This document shows positions 12,878 to 26,156 of a DNA stretch of 64,000 nucleotides, in pieces. Position numbers and translations under genes: made by a program. Source of the DNA: Eledone cirrhosa (Eukaryota); assembly GCA_964016885.1 (NCBI GenBank), contig OZ024757.1, positions 40,920,001-40,984,000 of the forward strand, written 5' to 3'. The notes beneath the pieces were generated by a model. It was not told the DNA's origin. It worked only from the letters and a program-made list of their open reading frames with translations, and did no database searches. Each line of letters begins with the position of its first letter. Positions within the stretch are counted from its first letter, which is position 1.

Positions 12878-12908
12878 GGGTGAAAGCAGAAATTCTTTGC
12901 TTAAACTT

Positions 12909-12913
<5 letters not shown>
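12878..12913 (+). mobile_element. Family D fragment (3' half of hammerhead)
   Basis: GGGTGAAAGCAGAAATTCTTTGCTTAAACTTTAATCT matches 40729-40765. Confidence 0.65.
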
Positions 12914-12977
<64 letters not shown>

Positions 12978-12994
12978 TATATTCTCACAGACCA

Positions 12995-13140
12995 CACTCT
13001 TCTATATTGCTGTTCCTTCTTTAAATCCTCATTCTATTTCCTGATGAAAGATCAGCGTCCGAAACGTCAAGACCCTTTTCCTACCATATCATTGTACTGT
13101 CCTTTGCTTTGTTTTTTTTTTCTGTTTGCCTTTTACATAA
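12995..13140 (+). mobile_element. Family B element with hammerhead at 13037-13072
   Basis: TTTC-CTGATGA-aagatcagcgtcc-GAAAC-GTC-AAGA: intact core, GUC triplet, palindromic ACGT stem III, weakened stems I and II. Has the family B 3' terminus. Confidence 0.75.
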
Positions 13141-13785
13141 TAAACACACTGAAACACAAAAATAAACACTGAAACCTAAAATGATCTAACTTTAAGATCA
13201 ATTGCAGCGAAAGTGTGTCAGTGACAAGACTAGGTCACAACCAGTGCAACGAAAATACGTAAACCAAGAAAGAAATAGATCATGTCTTTTTAACTTTAAA
13301 TGTCTTTTTAACTTTAGCCAATTTAATAGTATTAGTTTTAACAGACAGTCACAGATCAAGTCACCTGCCAGACTAGTTGAGCTCTACAAACTCTTCTGTG
13401 TTCTAATTACATTAGTTTTATCACACATAATTAGATCAACTCATTTGCCAAACAAATTCAAATCCATTAAAGTGACTCGTCCACAACAATGTGTTTGCTT
13501 TACTTTTAACACATCGTCTCAGATTAACTCACTTGAAAAACACATTCGACTTCGTAAAAAAACTTGAGTCTACTACAATGTAATTGTTATATTATCTTCT
13601 TCTTCTTTTTCTTTTTCTTTTTCTTTTTCTTCATCTTCTTTTTCTTCTTTTTCTTTTTCTTCTTCTTGTCCTCCTCCTTCTTCTTCTTCCCCCTTCCTCC
13701 TCCCTCTCCTTCTTCTCCTTCTTCTAAAGCAGTTATTGTCAAATTTCGATTCCCATCCCCCCAAAAAATAAAACAAACAAATAAA

Positions 13786-13972
13786 AATTGTTTCTACTTT
13801 TAGGCACAAGGCCAGCAATTACCCCAGTGCATTACTGGTACTTTATTTTATCGACCCCGTAAGGATGAAAGTCAAAGTTAACCTCGGCGGGATTAGAACT
13901 CAGAATGGCAAGGGCCGTAACTCTATGCGTCAAAGCATGGCGTCCGAACCCTCTACCGATACTGCCAATCCA
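13786..13972 (-). mobile_element. Young short-form tRNA/Deu-Nin SINE
   Basis: ~190 bp, highly similar to copies at 26157, 28607, 33740, 36121, 48714 and 56729. Confidence 0.9.
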
Positions 13973-14408
13973 AAATAATAATGAAATAACATTAAACGCT
14001 CCACCTCCCTCCTACCAATATGATCTGATAAAATATACCATATACCATAGTTCCTGTACATAATCTGACGTTTCACGCTCCACCAAAATATTGACACAAG
14101 CCCCCAGTAGGTCTGTGAGGCTAATCTTTAGAAATATTATTCTAAATTCTTAGGCATTGTCTCATGAAAGAACCAAAACCGAAAAGAAAACGCCTCGAAC
14201 TGACTCAGAAGTCTGCAAGTTATCACCTGTTTGGAACAATAGCTATTTCCTGATGGTAACTTGACCCAAGAACATTACCTAGGTTTTATACTCTACTCTG
14301 TAGTAATCCCGCTGGCATTTGGTGGTGGTGGTGGTGATGGTCGGATGTGTGATTCTGCCTGCCAGTCTACCCTCATCTCTCTCTCTCTCTCTCTATGTAT
14401 ATATATAT

Positions 14409-14848
14409 TGAAAGTAGGCTTATAAGTATGAATTTTCAGTAGACTTACGTATCTTCTCAGTGGCTTAACGGTAGATTCTAGAGACGGTGGAGATCCTGGT
14501 CTTGGATTCAATCCTGGTCGTCAGGTGCATGTAGTTTTTTTCAGTTTTTATTTTACATCCATAGAAAAAAAAATGAAAAGTTCTAACGTAACCCCTACTC
14601 CCGACGAGGATCGAACTTCAGACTAGTACCACCAGCTTCTACGAATACTTCCACTAGGCCACCGAGACGGTCATGAAAGTGAAAGGAAAATTAATAATTA
14701 TAAACCTACTTTCGAAGTTAAAAAGATGTGGTGATGTTCATGGCTTTCCTAGCACTATTAGTGTCGACTTGTCAATGTTCTGGCTCTCTGGTAACAACCT
14801 TATTATTCCTGTGTGTGTTTAACTGTTGAATTAATTTCATTTGATAAT
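14409..14848. mobile_element. Family F element: two convergent tRNA-like units inside inverted repeats, flanked by (TA)n
   Basis: Unit 1 (+) 14455-14520 has A box TGGCTTAACGG and B box GATTCAATCC. Unit 2 (-) 14599-14667 has TGGCCTAGTGG and AGTTCGATCC. The IR is GAAAGTAGG(C/T)TTATAA / TTATAAACCTACTTTC. Homologues at 43390 and 43890. Confidence 0.75.
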
Positions 14849-14896
14849 ATATATTATATATATATATGTATGTATATATATGTATATATGTATGTA

Positions 14897-14956
<60 letters not shown>

Positions 14957-15033
14957 TGTATATATATGTATATATGTATATATATATATATGTCTATCAG
15001 TCTGTCTCCCCATCTCTCTCTCTGTCTCTATAT

Positions 15034-15170
<137 letters not shown>

Positions 15171-15203
15171 ATATATATATATATATAAAATATTAAACAA
15201 ATA

Positions 15204-15273
<70 letters not shown>

Positions 15274-15360
15274 AAGGAGGAAACGAGCCATGAAAGCCAG
15301 CTGTTTTTAAATATGTTTTGTAAGCAAACATATGCAGAAGACCATGTAATCTATGTAGAA

Positions 15361-15363
15361 GTG

Positions 15364-15435
<72 letters not shown>

Positions 15436-16045
15436 CTGGTGCTGCCTGGCAGTAGTAGTGTTGTTGCTGATGGTGGTGGTGGTGGCAGTGGTGGTGGTGT
15501 TGGTTGTGGTGTCGATGGTGGTGGTGGTGTTGGTTGTGGTGTTGATACTGATGTTGGTAGTGTTGGTTGTGGTGTCGATGGTAGCAGTGGTGGTGGTGTT
15601 GGTTGTGGTGTCGATTGTAGCAGTGGTGCTGGTGTTGGTTGTGGTGTGGATGGTAGCAGTGGTGGTGGTGTTGGTTGTGGTGTGGATGGTAGCAGTGGTG
15701 GTGGTGTTGGTTGTGGTGTCGATTGTAGCAGTGGTGCTGGTGTTGATTGTGGTGTGGATGGTAGCAGTGGTGGTGGTGTTGGTTGTGGTGTGGATGGTAG
15801 CAGTGGTGGTGGTGTTGGTTGTGGTGTCGATGGTAGCAGTGGTGGTGGTGCTGGTTGTGTCAGTGGTGGTGTCGATGGTGGCAGTGTTGCTGGTGTTGTT
15901 GGTGGTGGTGTCGATGGTGGCAGTGTTGCTGGTGTTGTTGGTGGTGGTGTCGATGGTGGCAGTGTTGCTGGTGTTGTTGGTGGTGGTGTCGATGGTGGCA
16001 GTGTTGCTGGTGTTGTTGGTGGTGGTGTCGATGGTAGTTTTGATG
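15361..16045. repeat. (GTA)n followed by GGT/GTT-derived 36-39 bp minisatellites
   Basis: Repeated GGTGTCGATGGTAGCAGTGGTGGTGGTGTTGGTTGT units. Confidence 0.9.
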
Positions 16046-16234
16046 ATGAAATAATTACTTCAGAAAGATACTTTATTTTTCTTTCATTTAGGTTTTGCTT
16101 TAAACTGTTTTACCAGCAGGAATTTATAATTACAACTTGATCTCGTCTTTAATCCATTCACCCACAGTTTCGCGGTTTACAAGAATTCTTAGAAACACAG
16201 CAATAATTAAAAAAGCATTAAGTTACCTAAATAG

Positions 16235-16830
16235 TGGTTTCTCATTTAGGCAGAAGGTGAACAATTTTATGGAAAGGGAAAGTCGATTAAATCGACCTCA
16301 GTGTATTACTGGTACTTTATTTTATCGACTCCGTAAGGATGAAAGGCAAAGTTAACCTCGGTGGGATTTAAAATCAGAACATAAAAAGCCATAACTCTAT
16401 GCTACAAAACATGGCGTGCGACGTTCTCCCGATTCTGCCAATCCACCATTCCACCACCCTAATATATAAAAATAATTGTCTCTACTTCAGGCACAAGGCC
16501 AGCAATTACCCAGTGCATTACTGGTACTTTATTTTATCGACCCCGTAAGGATGAAAGGCTAAGTCAACCTCGGCGGGATTTGAACTCAGATCGTAAAGGG
16601 ACGTAACTATGCTGGAAAGCATGGCGTCTAATATATAAAAATAATGATTTCTACTATAGGCAAAAAGTCAACAATTTTGTTGGAAGGGTTAAGTCGATTA
16701 AATTGATTCCAGTTCATTACTGGTACTTTATTTTATCAACCCCGTAAGGATGAAACGTAAAGCTAACCTCAGCGAGATTTGAACTCAGAATGTATAACGA
16801 AGGTTCTATATAAAATCCAGCTATCGGAAT
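16235..16830 (-). mobile_element. Three stacked tRNA/Deu-Nin SINE copies
   Basis: Three CTGGTACTTTATTTTATCGAC...AAGGATGAAAGGC cores. Confidence 0.9.
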
Positions 16831-16847
16831 GGGAAGGGAAAATAATT

Positions 16848-16925
16848 GCGGGTGGCTTAGTGGTTAGGGCATTTGCTTCGCTTCGCAATTGTGAGGTTAT
16901 CAGTTCGATTCACGGTAGTCTTGTT
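16848..16925 (+). mobile_element. tRNA-like head of a second SINE family
   Basis: A box TGGCTTAGTGG and B box AGTTCGATTC. No cloverleaf; similar heads occur at 46320-46530. Confidence 0.55.
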
Positions 16926-17154
16926 TTTGATATAGTTATTGTTGTTGTTTTGTGGTGGGGGTGGTGATAGTAGTAGTGGTAGTGGCATTAGTGGTATTAG
17001 TTGTCGTGAGTTCGAGACTGCGTTCTTCCACTTACCGCAAAAAAAAAAAAAGCTACGTGATACTTTTGTCAACCATGTGTTAATAGAGGAAAAGAAATAA
17101 ATTTATCCAATTAGATGTTTTCTTTCATCTTGTTCTAGAACAAGCATTAAAAAT

Positions 17155-17186
<32 letters not shown>

Positions 17187-17194
<8 letters not shown>

Positions 17195-17254
17195 AAAGGT
17201 AAACAGAAATAACAACACAATCGGTACAATATATGGAAGGTATATATATTAGGT

Positions 17255-17256
<2 letters not shown>
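17187..17256 (-). mobile_element. Family B 3' terminal fragment in (TA)n
   Basis: Near-identical to 3505-3570. Confidence 0.8.
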
Positions 17257-17318
<62 letters not shown>

Positions 17319-17455
17319 AGTGCATGTGTGTATGTATGTATACATATGCTTGTATGGTGAAAGCAAAAAAGAAAATGTCCCTTGACAAAATGCAAGAGTC
17401 ATAATTACTCCAGAATTTTGCAACTAAAAACATTACCATGAACAACAAATGTGAC

Positions 17456-17545
<90 letters not shown>

Positions 17546-17737
17546 ATGTGTGTGTATATATATATATATATATATAAATATATATCCATGTACATACAGA
17601 TCTACATGTATATATCGTAAGAGTTGCTATATCTGGTACTAACGAACTTACGACCTACTAGATGACAACACCAGATATACTATAGAATGTTAAAAGATGT
17701 TACTGACCAGCCAATAGATAAGACTCATTTAACATAC

Positions 17738-17839
<102 letters not shown>

Positions 17840-18475
17840 ATATATACATATATATATATATATAATACACACATTTATATATATAGAGAGAGAGAGGGAG
17901 AGAAGAAGAAGCAGAAGAAGAAGAAGAAGAAGAAGAAGAAGAAGAAGAAGAAGAAGAAGAAGAAGAAGAAGAAGAAGAAGAAGAACGAAACTGAGAACCA
18001 ACTTTCCTCGGAGAATACAACTTGACATTTCTATACTTCTTACATTTTGTGTATTGTTTTTATTATTATATTATTTATTTGTTATTTATTTTATATATTA
18101 TTATTATTATTACCATTATTAGAAATCATTATTATTATCATTATTGTTATTATTGTTATTGTTGTTATTGTTATTATTATTGTTGTTGATATTGTTGTTG
18201 TTGTTATTTTGCAATTTGTAAAGCTGAACATTGAGTTAACAACAGAATAAGATTAGCTGATGAGAATCTAAAAATCCAGCGCAATAAATCTTTAGTTCTT
18301 TTTTGTGTGCATTCGCCATCATGCTTAAAGCCAAGACGGAACATTAAGCTGTATTGGACGTCCATCGATTACTGCTATGGATGTTTACATTCGTTCAATA
18401 AATAGAACAGTCTGTTCTTGAAATGTACGCCAATGTGGTTCACCATTCCTAACCGAGGCTTAGTCTTAGAAGTTT

Positions 18476-19632
18476 CCATGTCTTGAGAGAAATGAGAAGG
18501 TCAAAGTGTTCCAATGACCACAGTCAGTTACATCTATCAATACATCCCATGTCTTGAGATACATGAGGCAGCCAAAGTGTTCCAATGACCACAGTCAGTT
18601 ACATCTATCAATACATCCCATGTCTTGAGATACATGAGGCAGCCAAAGTGTTCCAATGACCACAGTCAGTTACATCTATCAATACATCCCATGTCTTGAG
18701 ACACATGAGGCAGCCAAAGTGTTCCAATGACCACAGTCAGTTACATTTATCAATACATCCCATGTCTTGAGATACATGAGGCAGCCAAAGTGTTCCAATG
18801 ACCACAGTCAGTTACATCTATCAATACATCCCATGTCTTGAGATACATGAGGCAGTCAAAGTGCTCCAATGACCACAGTCAGTTACATCTATCAATACAT
18901 CCCATGTCTTGAGATACATGAGGCAGCCAAAGTGTTCCAATGACCACAGTCAGTTACATCTATCAATACATCCCATGTCTTGAGAGAAATGAGGCAGCCA
19001 AAGTGTTCCAATGACCACAGTCAGTTACATCTATCAATACATCCCATGTCTTGAGACACATGAGGCAGCCAAAGTGTTCCAATGACCACAGTCAGTTACA
19101 TCTATCAATACATCCCATGTCTTGAGACACATGAGGCAGCCAAAGTGTTCCAATGACCACAGTCAGTTACATCTATCAATACATCCCATGTCTTGAGACA
19201 CATGAGACAGCCAAAGTGCTCCAATGACTACAGTTAGTTACATCTATCAATACATCCCATGTCTTGAGATACATGAGGCAGCCAAAGTGCTCCAATGACT
19301 ACAGTCAGTTACATCTATCAATACATCCCATGTCTTGAGACACATGAGGCAGCCAAAGTGTTCCAATGACCACAGTCAGTTACATCTATCAATACATCCC
19401 ATGTCTTGAGATACATGAGGCAGCTAAAGTGTTCAAATGACTACAGTCAGTTACATCTATCAATACATCCCATGTCTTGAGATACATGAGGCAGTCAAAG
19501 TGCTCCAATGACCACAGTCAGTTACATCTATCAATACATCCCACGTACATGAGACGGCCAAAGTGTTCCAATGACCACAGTCAGTTGTCTCTCTCAATAC
19601 AACCCATGTCTTAAGACACAAAAGGCAGCCGA
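18476..19632. repeat. 71-bp minisatellite, ~16 highly similar units
   Basis: CATCCCATGTCTTGAGATACATGAGGCAGCCAAAGTGTTCCAATGACCACAGTCAGTTACATCTATCAATA at 18543, 18614 and onward; no unique spacers. Confidence 0.97.
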
Positions 19633-19635
19633 AGA

Positions 19636-19812
19636 TATAATATGGAAAACGAAGAATCAGTGATGCATCGAAACACAAATTATTAACGTATTACAATTAT
19701 TTCTCCGGCGAACAGCTCGAGGTATGATCTATTATTATACTCTGATCTGAAAGAGCATAGAGTGCTCAACCGGCATACCGGTTATGGACGCATCCAAGCA
19801 ACCTTACTACAA
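19636..19812 (-). mobile_element. Family J element (copy J2); 5' hammerhead core lost, 3' half retained
   Basis: Minus strand TAAGGTTGC..ATGCGTCC..CGGTATGCCG..AATAGATC..GAGCTGTTCGCCGGA-GAAA-taatt-GTA-ATACGTTAATAA..GATGCATCACTGATT aligns to J1. Confidence 0.75.
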
Positions 19813-19813
19813 A

Positions 19814-19871
<58 letters not shown>

Positions 19872-20477
19872 TAGAGGTAAAGACCGTTTTAATCACTAAA
19901 TAAACATCACATTCATTAGTGTGGTTGCTTCGTAGTTCTGGTAAAGAAAGTGGCGAATATTTCAACCAAGAGGTTTTGTACAGAATGTGATGACCTGACA
20001 GGTCATATACACTTAAATTGGTCAATCTCATTCGCGGCTTCTCAACAACACAAAGTGACAATTTCCTCGAAACTTTTGAATATACATTACTAAAAAATGA
20101 ACAACATTTGTAAGAGATGTGTAAAAGAATTATTGCAAAAACAAGATATTTAGTAAAAAAAGAAAAAAATCTTCAATTATAAATGTAGGATGGTGATATT
20201 GGCAATAAAAGATACGACAAATGAATATATAGAAATTTTAGATAACCAATTTATACATGTAGTCATATTGTCTTTCCGTTAAGATGGTTCAATTCGATAA
20301 GGCAGAACTCTGTAGGGAAATGTTACTTGCTCAAAAGAGTAATAATGAATACATAGGAAGAATATATGGTGCTTATTCACTTAAACACCATTTGTCTTTT
20401 GGCGGTGGTTATGTTGCTCTCATATTTGTCGACAAGAAACCGATAATTTTCATCTATATATAAATATATATACGAAC

Positions 20478-20639
20478 TAGGGTCGGTTGAAACGTTCATA
20501 GGTAGACAATTAAGGAGTGATGCTAGAGCTGTGAAATATTGCATGCATAAATTTCAACTCCTATTAATAAACACATTGTGTCTTTCTATGAGAATACCAT
20601 GATACAATGGTTAGCCTATGAAACATTCAACTCACACTA
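20478..20639. mobile_element. Mariner/Tc1-type MITE with imperfect TIRs and TA flanks
   Basis: TAGGGTCGGTTGAAACGTTCATAGGTAGAC / GTTAGCCTATGAAACATTCAACTCACACTA. A solo TIR-like piece GGTCAGCCTATGAACCTTTCAG lies at ~24000. Confidence 0.6.
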
Positions 20640-20648
20640 ATATATATA

Positions 20649-20692
<44 letters not shown>

Positions 20693-20698
20693 CACATG

Positions 20699-20740
<42 letters not shown>

Positions 20741-20869
20741 CAGGTGTATTTATTTATATAGGTAGTTAAAAATGATTGGTAGGTGTGTGTGCTTATATGA
20801 AATCATAAAGTCTTAAGCACATTATTTTCGTTATGATAGCATATAGGATTTATTAAGTACTCTTTACAC

Positions 20870-20988
<119 letters not shown>

Positions 20989-21194
20989 AAATATGCATAT
21001 TCCTATTTGTATTCATCAGATGATATGCATTAATTGTAATAAGAAGTTGCATGAAATATAGATTTTTTTAATATACGTATTTTTAGGAATATATATATAT
21101 ATATATACATATATTATATATATATATACATATATTATATATATATATACATATATTATATATATACATATATTATATATATATATACATATAT

Positions 21195-21271
<77 letters not shown>

Positions 21272-21302
21272 TATATATATATACATATATTATATATATA
21301 TA

Positions 21303-21342
<40 letters not shown>

Positions 21343-21814
21343 TATATATATATACATATATTATATATATTACTCTTTTACTCTTTTACCTGTACACATA
21401 TATATCTATATATATATATATATATATGTATATATAAATATATATATATACATGTATATATTCGTGCAAACTTAGGCAATTTCGTGTCCGATATTATAAA
21501 TACTGACATGATTTTCATTTCCAATTTGATCTTAATCCGGTAAAGAAAAGAAAATTTACAAAAGATATATACCAATAAACACATACACAACAATATAAAT
21601 ATATATTTATATATATTTATAATATAAAAATGAAATAAATCGCAGAGGAAATTGGCCATAAAAGCAAAATAATCCGGCAAATATAGGAAAAGTATAATCT
21701 TTGATGATAAATTGATGATGATATGAATAAATGTCAACAAAGGTACATGCCTAGTATATGGACATGTTACTCTAAGTGGATGTCTTAAACATATGTCAAT
21801 ATATATACACACAT

Positions 21815-21974
<160 letters not shown>

Positions 21975-22046
21975 GTATATATATGTATCTATATATATAT
22001 ATGTATATATATATATATAATTGTATATATATAGCTATATCTATAC

Positions 22047-22095
<49 letters not shown>

Positions 22096-22204
22096 CGGAT
22101 AGATACATAGATAGATGGATGTTGATATATCGTTTGTGCGTGTGGATATCATATTTGTTACGTTAACATATGTCGAATGTATGTATATATATATATATAT
22201 ATTC

Positions 22205-22345
<141 letters not shown>

Positions 22346-22429
22346 TATACGTGTAAGTATGCAAAATTAATGTATTTATGGATTAGTAATGTTTGAAACG
22401 ATAAGATTAAATGTTGTTTAAGAAAACAG

Positions 22430-22462
<33 letters not shown>

Positions 22463-22599
22463 CTCTGTATTGTCTAATAAATTGTTCAAGTTTAAAAAAT
22501 AGACGACAAACACGGAGAAAATAGGAAAGAGCGAGATGCAATAAGCACCAGTTTTCGTAGACCAATTGACCCGTGTATATACCTGGCACTTTATTTCTC

Positions 22600-23140
22600 G
22601 AAATCGAAAATAATGAAAGGCAAAGAAGACGAAAGCTTTGTAGGGTCCTAGATGTCGACCACTAAACGTTTGTCCCTAGAAACTGATCACTAATCTTGAT
22701 CAAGCGAAAAACAACTAGCTGATGCAACAATTGTCTCATACACAACAAGAAAGAGAATGCTATGAGGAACCCAGATGGTTGACCTCCTTGTATTGAGGCC
22801 TGGAATCTGATCCCTGATCTCAGACCTTAATGACTAGAACAAAATGAGATAGCAACAGTCTCATACACAACAAAAAGACAAATGATTTGCAGGGCCCAGA
22901 TGATCAACCTCCTCACATTGAGCGCTGGAAACTGAACTCTGATCTCAGATCTTCATTGGGCGAAATACAACAAAGACAGCAAGTCTCATACACAATAAAA
23001 AGAAGAACGCTTTGCAAGGTCTAGGTGACCAACCTCCTCATATTGAGCGCTGAAAATTGATCCCTCATCTCAGATGTTGATCAGGAGAGTTCCAAAAAAG
23101 CTGAGACAGCAACAGTTACATACACTACAGGCAGAAGAAC
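22600..23140. repeat. Diverged ~125-bp tandem repeat, ~4 units
   Basis: GTCTCATACACAA at 22733, 22858 and 22983 with a variant at ~23115; shared ACCTCCT..ATTGAG..CTG..A.CTGA..CTGATCTCAGA. Confidence 0.85.
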
Positions 23141-23459
23141 AACGATGGCGGTGCCGTTAGTGTGAATTAACGTTCGCTGATTCAGCGCAAAACTAGAGGC
23201 GGATATATTGGCCAGTAAACCTATCATTGAAACATATTGATTGTTCAAAGTACCAGTCTTTAATCAATGAATACGTAGACCAATTGAACCAGGTATTGCT
23301 TCGGAGATCATTAAATACAGAGAAAATACGGGGTAGGATTCATAAGCTTTGAATATCACTTTTACTTTGGTTTCAAATAATAGCTTTAACTCTGGTCTGC
23401 TTCACACACAGAGCATTGGCATTAACTAATTGCATTTAATATCTCTGTTGTAGACATAG

Positions 23460-23542
<83 letters not shown>

Positions 23543-23607
23543 TATATATCTATATCTATATATATATACATGTGTGTGCCTATGTATATATATATATACA
23601 TATATAT

Positions 23608-23813
23608 AACGAAGCAAATGTGGTAAGGAACCAGATGGACCGTAACGCACCAAAGTACTCAATATTTAGGGTAGTAGAGTGGGTAATAGGAACAAGTAGG
23701 ACCCCGACGGCTGAGCTCAAGCCGTTTCGACGGCTAATTCTGGACTAAAAGGATATTAGTCCAGTATTAGCCGTCGAAACGGCTTGAGCTCAGCCGTCGG
23801 GGTCCTACTTGTT

Positions 23814-23818
<5 letters not shown>
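23608..23818 (-). mobile_element. Family C palindromic mini-element in (TA)n
   Basis: Near-perfect palindrome 23686-23818 with a ~7-nt loop, plus an 80-bp unique tail ending CTTCGTTA-(TA)n on the minus strand. Each arm has GAAAC-GGCTTGAGCTCAGCC-GTC. Confidence 0.85.
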
Positions 23819-23860
<42 letters not shown>

Positions 23861-24149
23861 CCTTATGCATATACTTAGTGATAAACGATTTCCTATGGTG
23901 TTTATATGTGTGTCGTAAAATCCAGCAATCGAATTACATAGACGATACTAAAAAAAGAAGGCTATAAACCACATTTGGTCATTCCAGGAGAGTATCTTGG
24001 TCAGCCTATGAACCTTTCAGACTTTGAAATTACCAGCCGGCGCATGTAGATAGATAAATATCTTGTAAGTACCATTTTATGTAACGATATATATATAGGA
24101 TTTCATACAAAGGATTCCTTTCAGATTTATCTGTGCAACACAGAAAATA

Positions 24150-24490
24150 TGTCGGTGAATTGAGTCGTTAGAACGTCAGATAGAATTCTTTGAAAGCTTC
24201 CGACTTTCTGTTCTATGAGTTCAAATCCCGCTCAGGTCAACTTTACCTTTCATCCATTCATTGTCAATAAAAATTAACAGTCTAGTCCTGGGGGTCGATT
24301 ATTCCTCTATATCTCTTTCTCACTACCTTTCAATCAGTCTCTCTCTCTCTATCATTCTCTGGAAGAAAGGCCTAGAGAAGCGATGAGCTCCACAAGGCAT
24401 ATTTTTTTAATGCACTGGAAGCGGTGTATGTCATTATGGCGCCTCTACGACTCCTCGTGTTTTACGGTTCCATACTATAACACACCATAC
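24150..24490 (+). mobile_element. Older long-tailed SINE subfamily sharing the Deu/Nin-like core
   Basis: Core followed by a CT-rich TTCTCTGGAAGAAA..GGCCT..GATGAGCTC tail. Homologues at 33950-34230 (-), 53940-54270 (-) and a tail fragment at ~1160-1250. Confidence 0.7.
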
Positions 24491-24606
24491 ACATAAAATA
24501 ATCTAGAGATCTTCTTGATAACTCTAGAACGGGTTTCTCTATTGTAACGTGCAGTTGTTAGTAGTAGAGGTGTTGGTGGTGTTTGTGGTGGAGTTGCTAG
24601 CCACTA

Positions 24607-24698
<92 letters not shown>

Positions 24699-24841
24699 GC
24701 GTTAATATACGAATGAGTGACCTCAGTAAATGAATTGATAGGAATCACTGAAAGAAGTAATAGAAAGAAGTATACAAGCACATACACACACTTATACATA
24801 TACACACACATATACATATATATATATATACACACATATAC

Positions 24842-24874
<33 letters not shown>

Positions 24875-25013
24875 TACATATATATATATACACACACATA
24901 TACATATATATATATACACACACATATATATATATATATATACACACATATATACATATATATATATACACACATATATACATATATATATATACACACA
25001 TATACATATATAT

Positions 25014-25075
<62 letters not shown>

Positions 25076-25260
25076 GAGATATTCGTTAACTAATGAGATA
25101 TCTTTCTGTAAATTGCTGGATAAATATAACACATATTAAACTCATATATGGTTCTATGCAATGTGGTGTGAGTGGGTATATATAGTTTATGTATATATAT
25201 ATATATAGTTGACAATAAACGAACAAAACACAGGTGGCATATATATATATATATATATAT

Positions 25261-25307
<47 letters not shown>

Positions 25308-25392
25308 TGTTGTTAGTGTGTGAGCTTGTACGTTTATTTGTTTGTATATATGAATGTGTGGATGTCTGTAGAATATATATACATATATACAT

Positions 25393-25453
<61 letters not shown>

Positions 25454-25508
25454 TATACATATACATACATATATGTATATACATATATATATATATACAT
25501 ATACACAC

Positions 25509-25541
<33 letters not shown>

Positions 25542-26156
25542 CACCCCGACTGCATTCGTTAGCTTGGCTGCAACCAGAGCTTCGATGATGCTGTACTAAA
25601 TTTTGTATATATATACATATATATATATGTATATGTATATATATGTATATATATGTGTGTGTGTGTATGCATGTCTGTGTGAGCATGTGTGTGTGACACG
25701 ACACATGTGTGTGTGTGACACGACACATGTGTCTCTCTAATGAATTCCTATGAAATGGTCAGAAGTGATTATTGTGAAGAGTTTTTAGTTGAGTCCCAGT
25801 TTTAATATATTATATTAACACTGATTTATTTTCTTGCACTCTATTTATCGATTACTTCTCTGCTAAAATCAGTCGACAAAAAAGAAAGATATAATCAATA
25901 CCATTATGGAATTAACTCAGCAGCTTCATAATGCGAGAGAAATCGAAGCTTTTTGATTTATCGGAAGGTTCGATTTCCTGTTTGAACTTATTCAATCACT
26001 TGAGTATTTAATAAAACTCCTATGGCGGGCCGCTGTTTCTTCAACATATGCTCAACTGTAGAGTATTTCAAAGATAGATCACCGTTGCTGTTGTTGTTGT
26101 TGCCATTGCTGTTGTTGTTGTTGTTGTTTTTATTATTATTATTATTATTATTATCG

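Noticed and set aside
15313-16140. 275-aa Gly/Val-rich ORF resembling a structural protein
   Set aside because: It lies entirely within GTA/GGT-derived repeats, is open in several frames, and has no credible start, signal peptide or splice context.
17628-17680. Short IR TATATCTGGT/ACCAGATATA with CTAACGA inside
   Set aside because: Too short and degenerate to assign to the hammerhead families.
18476-19632. CRISPR-like array
   Set aside because: Contiguous 71-bp units without unique spacers, in a eukaryotic context with no cas genes.
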